Assembly: GCF_000315625.1 (NCBI RefSeq)
Contig: NW_005434587.1
Span: 124,001-188,000, forward strand
Length of the DNA: 64,000 nt
Direction of reading: 5' to 3'
From: Guillardia theta CCMP2712
Lineage: Eukaryota > Protista > Cryptophyta
In this document: in pieces, positions 61,401 through 64,000 of the stretch
Numbering within the stretch: the stretch's first letter is position 1
How the letters are laid out: each line of letters begins with the position of its first letter
Translations under genes and position numbers: made by a program
Notes under the pieces: generated by a model
What the model was told of the DNA's origin: nothing
Databases searched by the model: none
What the model saw: only the letters and a program-made list of their open reading frames with translations

Positions 61401-64000
61401 TCCTCGGTCAGAAGGTACCGCAGAAGTGGTACACCATCTACCGCGACTCCAAGATCATGGGGGAGATCTTGATGGGGCTCAAGCTGCCCAGGCCCGAGGG
61501 CTACGTGGACGCTCACGCGGGCTCGCTCGACACCTCCCACGACACGGACACTGACTCCAGTAGCTTCAACGAGCTCCGGCTGAGGCGAGCCTGCCCCCAA
61601 GACGTGCGCATCTACATGGCCTGCACCCTATCAGACTTCGCGTACGAGCGGCACCTGCTGCATGAAACCGTCGTGCCGGAGATCCGACGGTTCTGCGAGG
61701 CCAGGTACATCACCTGTACCGCCGTTGACGTGCGCATGGGCATGATCGAGGAGTCGGAGGAGCTAGTCAAACTCTGCCTTGACGAGCTCGACAAGTCCTC
61801 CATCTTCCTCTGCCTGGTCGGCGAGAAGTACGGAAGGCGCGTGGAGGACGTGGCGTCGCTGATGGAGCTGAGGCCATGGACGGAGAACCTCAAAGGAAAG
61901 AGCATCGTGGAGTTTGAAGTCGCAGCTGCTCTTATCGAAGACGCGTCAAAGTTCGCGGGCAGAGCGTTTGTGTACATCCGAGACCCAAGCTTCATCGACA
62001 GCATCCCTGGCCTCAACCGAGGAGACTTCACCGAGGAGGACCCCTCCAACCTGCTGGCGCTGGAGGCGTTCAAGAAACGTTTGCACTCCATAGACAACCT
62101 GCCGGTGGTTGACAACTACCCCGAGCCCAGCAAGGTCATGGACAAGATCCAGAGAGACCTGAAGAAGGTAGTGAAGCAGGTCTACGACAAGGAGACGAGG
62201 AGGAGGCTGTTGAGCCCTCAGCGCAAGTTCAACCTCTCCTACTGCAGTGAGCCGATCGCTCACTACGTGCTGGACCCTGAGCCGGGGCTGCGACTCAACA
62301 ACTACGTCGCATTCGATGACAGGAGCCTGATGCTGATCTTGGGCCCCAACGGCAGCGGCAAGACTTCCTTCATCAGGACATGGGCCAACATCTACGAGCT
62401 GAGAAGATGCAAAGACGTCTTCTTCTTCCTCCACTTCGACCTCGGCGCTGCTGGGGTAGAATCAGCTCGGGGCGTGCTGAGGAGAATCTTGTTTGAGATG
62501 AAGAAATTCTTCGGCATCGAAGGAGACGTTCCCATCGACTACGTGCAGATCAAGCGCACGTTCCTCTTGTGGATTCTGCTGGGGACGACCAAGGGTGGGG
62601 TCATCCTGGTCATCGACGGGGCCGATGGGTTTGACGAGCCGAACGACGGGATCTTGTCGTTGCTTGAGTGCATACCGGAGACGCTCCCCAAGGGCCTCAA
62701 GATCATCCTCTCCATGACTGCCGGCGCTCCTGTGTCGAATCTCATCTTGAAACGGATGCACTCCTGTCAAACCATCACCCTGGGCGCGCTCTCCGTTCAA
62801 ACCCGACAAACGATCTGCGAATCTGTTTTCAAGTCACATGGAAGGGACCCCAAAGACCTCGATGATAAGATCATAAACGATACAGACAGCAGGTCTCCTA
62901 TAAGCCTGAAGCTTAAAGTTCAATTGTATCTTCACACAGGTGAATTTTTCCACGCGCAGACGCTGCAACAGACTGTCTTACAGCTTCTGTCGTTGCTTGA
63001 AATGAAATTTCACGATCAGTCACCGGGTTTGGTAGAGACTGTTCTGACTTCCCTTGCAAGGTCTCGACGTGGATTGACGGATTCTGAGCTCATCGCAATT
63101 GGAGGGATCAACAGGCACATGTGGAGTAAATTTTCTCGAGCAAGTGAAGAACTTTTGACGGGGATGGCAAGTTTGGTGAACTTTCAGCATGAGATCATTG
63201 ACGAGGCAGTGAACATCAGATATCTCGATACCGAAGAGAAGAAGCAGAGGAGAACAGTCTCCCTGGCGACCTTCTTCGAAGCAAGTCCTCTCTCATTCCG
63301 CAAGGTGGAAGAATATCCCTGGCTGCTGGCAACCAACGCTCGGTACTGGTTCCAGACAGCACAGCCAAGCGAATACAAGAACGTCTGGAAGAAGCTCCGA
63401 GACTGTCTCACAGACTTGGACTTCTTTCAAGAGATCTATCAGGATTGCTTCGTTTCCGATTTGCATGATTTGTGGGAAGAAATGTCGTCGGTGTATGACC
63501 TGGTGGAAGAGTATACCAACAGTGTGAATGCATATGCGTCGAAGACAGCTTACAGCAGTTCTTCGGATAGAATCGTAGCCAAAGTGCATTTGGCTCTGTG
63601 CCAGACAAAAGTTGCGAGGTTCTTTCGAGATTGCTCTCGGTTTGAATCAGCGCAAGGCATGTTCCTGCGCTCGCTGGAGTCCTGGAAGCTTTGTCCTGGA
63701 AAGGAGAGGGAGGTGGTGAACGTTTACTTCGAGCTCGGGCTGATGCTGCGCACGTGGGGAAAATACGCGGAGGCCGAAGAGACGCTGAAGGGCTCCTTCG
63801 CCTTCATGGAGAATGCGCAAGGGAAGGAGAGCAGCGTCAAGATGGGAGAAGTCCTGCACTTCGTCTCAGATTGTCTTCGGCGGCAGAAGAAGGAGAGCGA
63901 GGCTTACTACTACGCCGACCGATCTTACCATCGGCTTCAGGACAGTCTGGATTCCGATCAGCTCGACAAGTCGCCGTTGTACGCGAGATGCTTGTACAAC
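58467..64000 (+). CDS. Multi-C2 + DUF4062 + NACHT-type NTPase + TPR protein (NPHP3/TEP1-like STAND architecture); 3' end outside window
   Basis: N-terminus MGGAASLS. Long exon from 59261 open to the window end, so it is absent from the ORF track. Four canonical C2 domains (MDASGTSDPY, ADRGGTSDPY, MDSGPFGKCDPY, MDSNGTSDPY) plus one degenerate. DUF4062-like VRIYMACTLSDFAYER..VDVRMG..LCLDELDK..LVGEKYG. Walker A GPNGSGKT (62342-62365), Walker B ILVIDGAD, RKVEEYPWLL, then TPR-like helices. Confidence 0.88.

Noticed and set aside
59345-62809. Long minus-strand ORFs (e.g. 59720-60943, 407 aa)
   Set aside because: They are antisense shadows of the plus-strand C2/NACHT exon, whose long ORF is unlisted only because it runs off the window.
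1-64000. tRNA, rRNA, transposase or reverse transcriptase genes
   Set aside because: None was recognised by eye; a covariance-model or HMM scan is needed to exclude them formally.

Overview
Gene-dense eukaryotic nuclear DNA with many short (mostly 43-66 nt) GT-AG introns, purine-rich microsatellites and four assembly gaps. The style (tiny introns, RWP-RK paralogues, a signal peptide followed by an LRLRGG-like motif) suggests a cryptophyte alga such as Guillardia; this is inference. Recognisable genes in order: FKBP-like/TPR protein, P4-ATPase flippase, an EF-hand/cNMP-binding/alanine aminotransferase fusion, a large secreted TSP1/EGF/lectin protein, an RMI1/TDRD3-type OB-fold protein, a VAT1-like oxidoreductase, an EngB GTPase, a USP47-like deubiquitinase, a probable ~7 kb multi-reader chromatin gene, two RWP-RK genes forming a 560-bp inverted repeat, a bacterial-type SF1 helicase-nuclease head-to-head with a bacterial-type caspase, and a multi-C2/DUF4062/NACHT/TPR gene running off the window end. 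Best leads: the helicase-caspase-STAND cluster (52-64 kb) as a possible immune or cell-death locus, the calcium-sensor aminotransferase fusion, the chromatin reader, the RWP-RK inverted pair and a dispersed ~115-bp non-coding repeat. Domain calls come from motif recognition by eye, and exon joins are my manual reconstructions.
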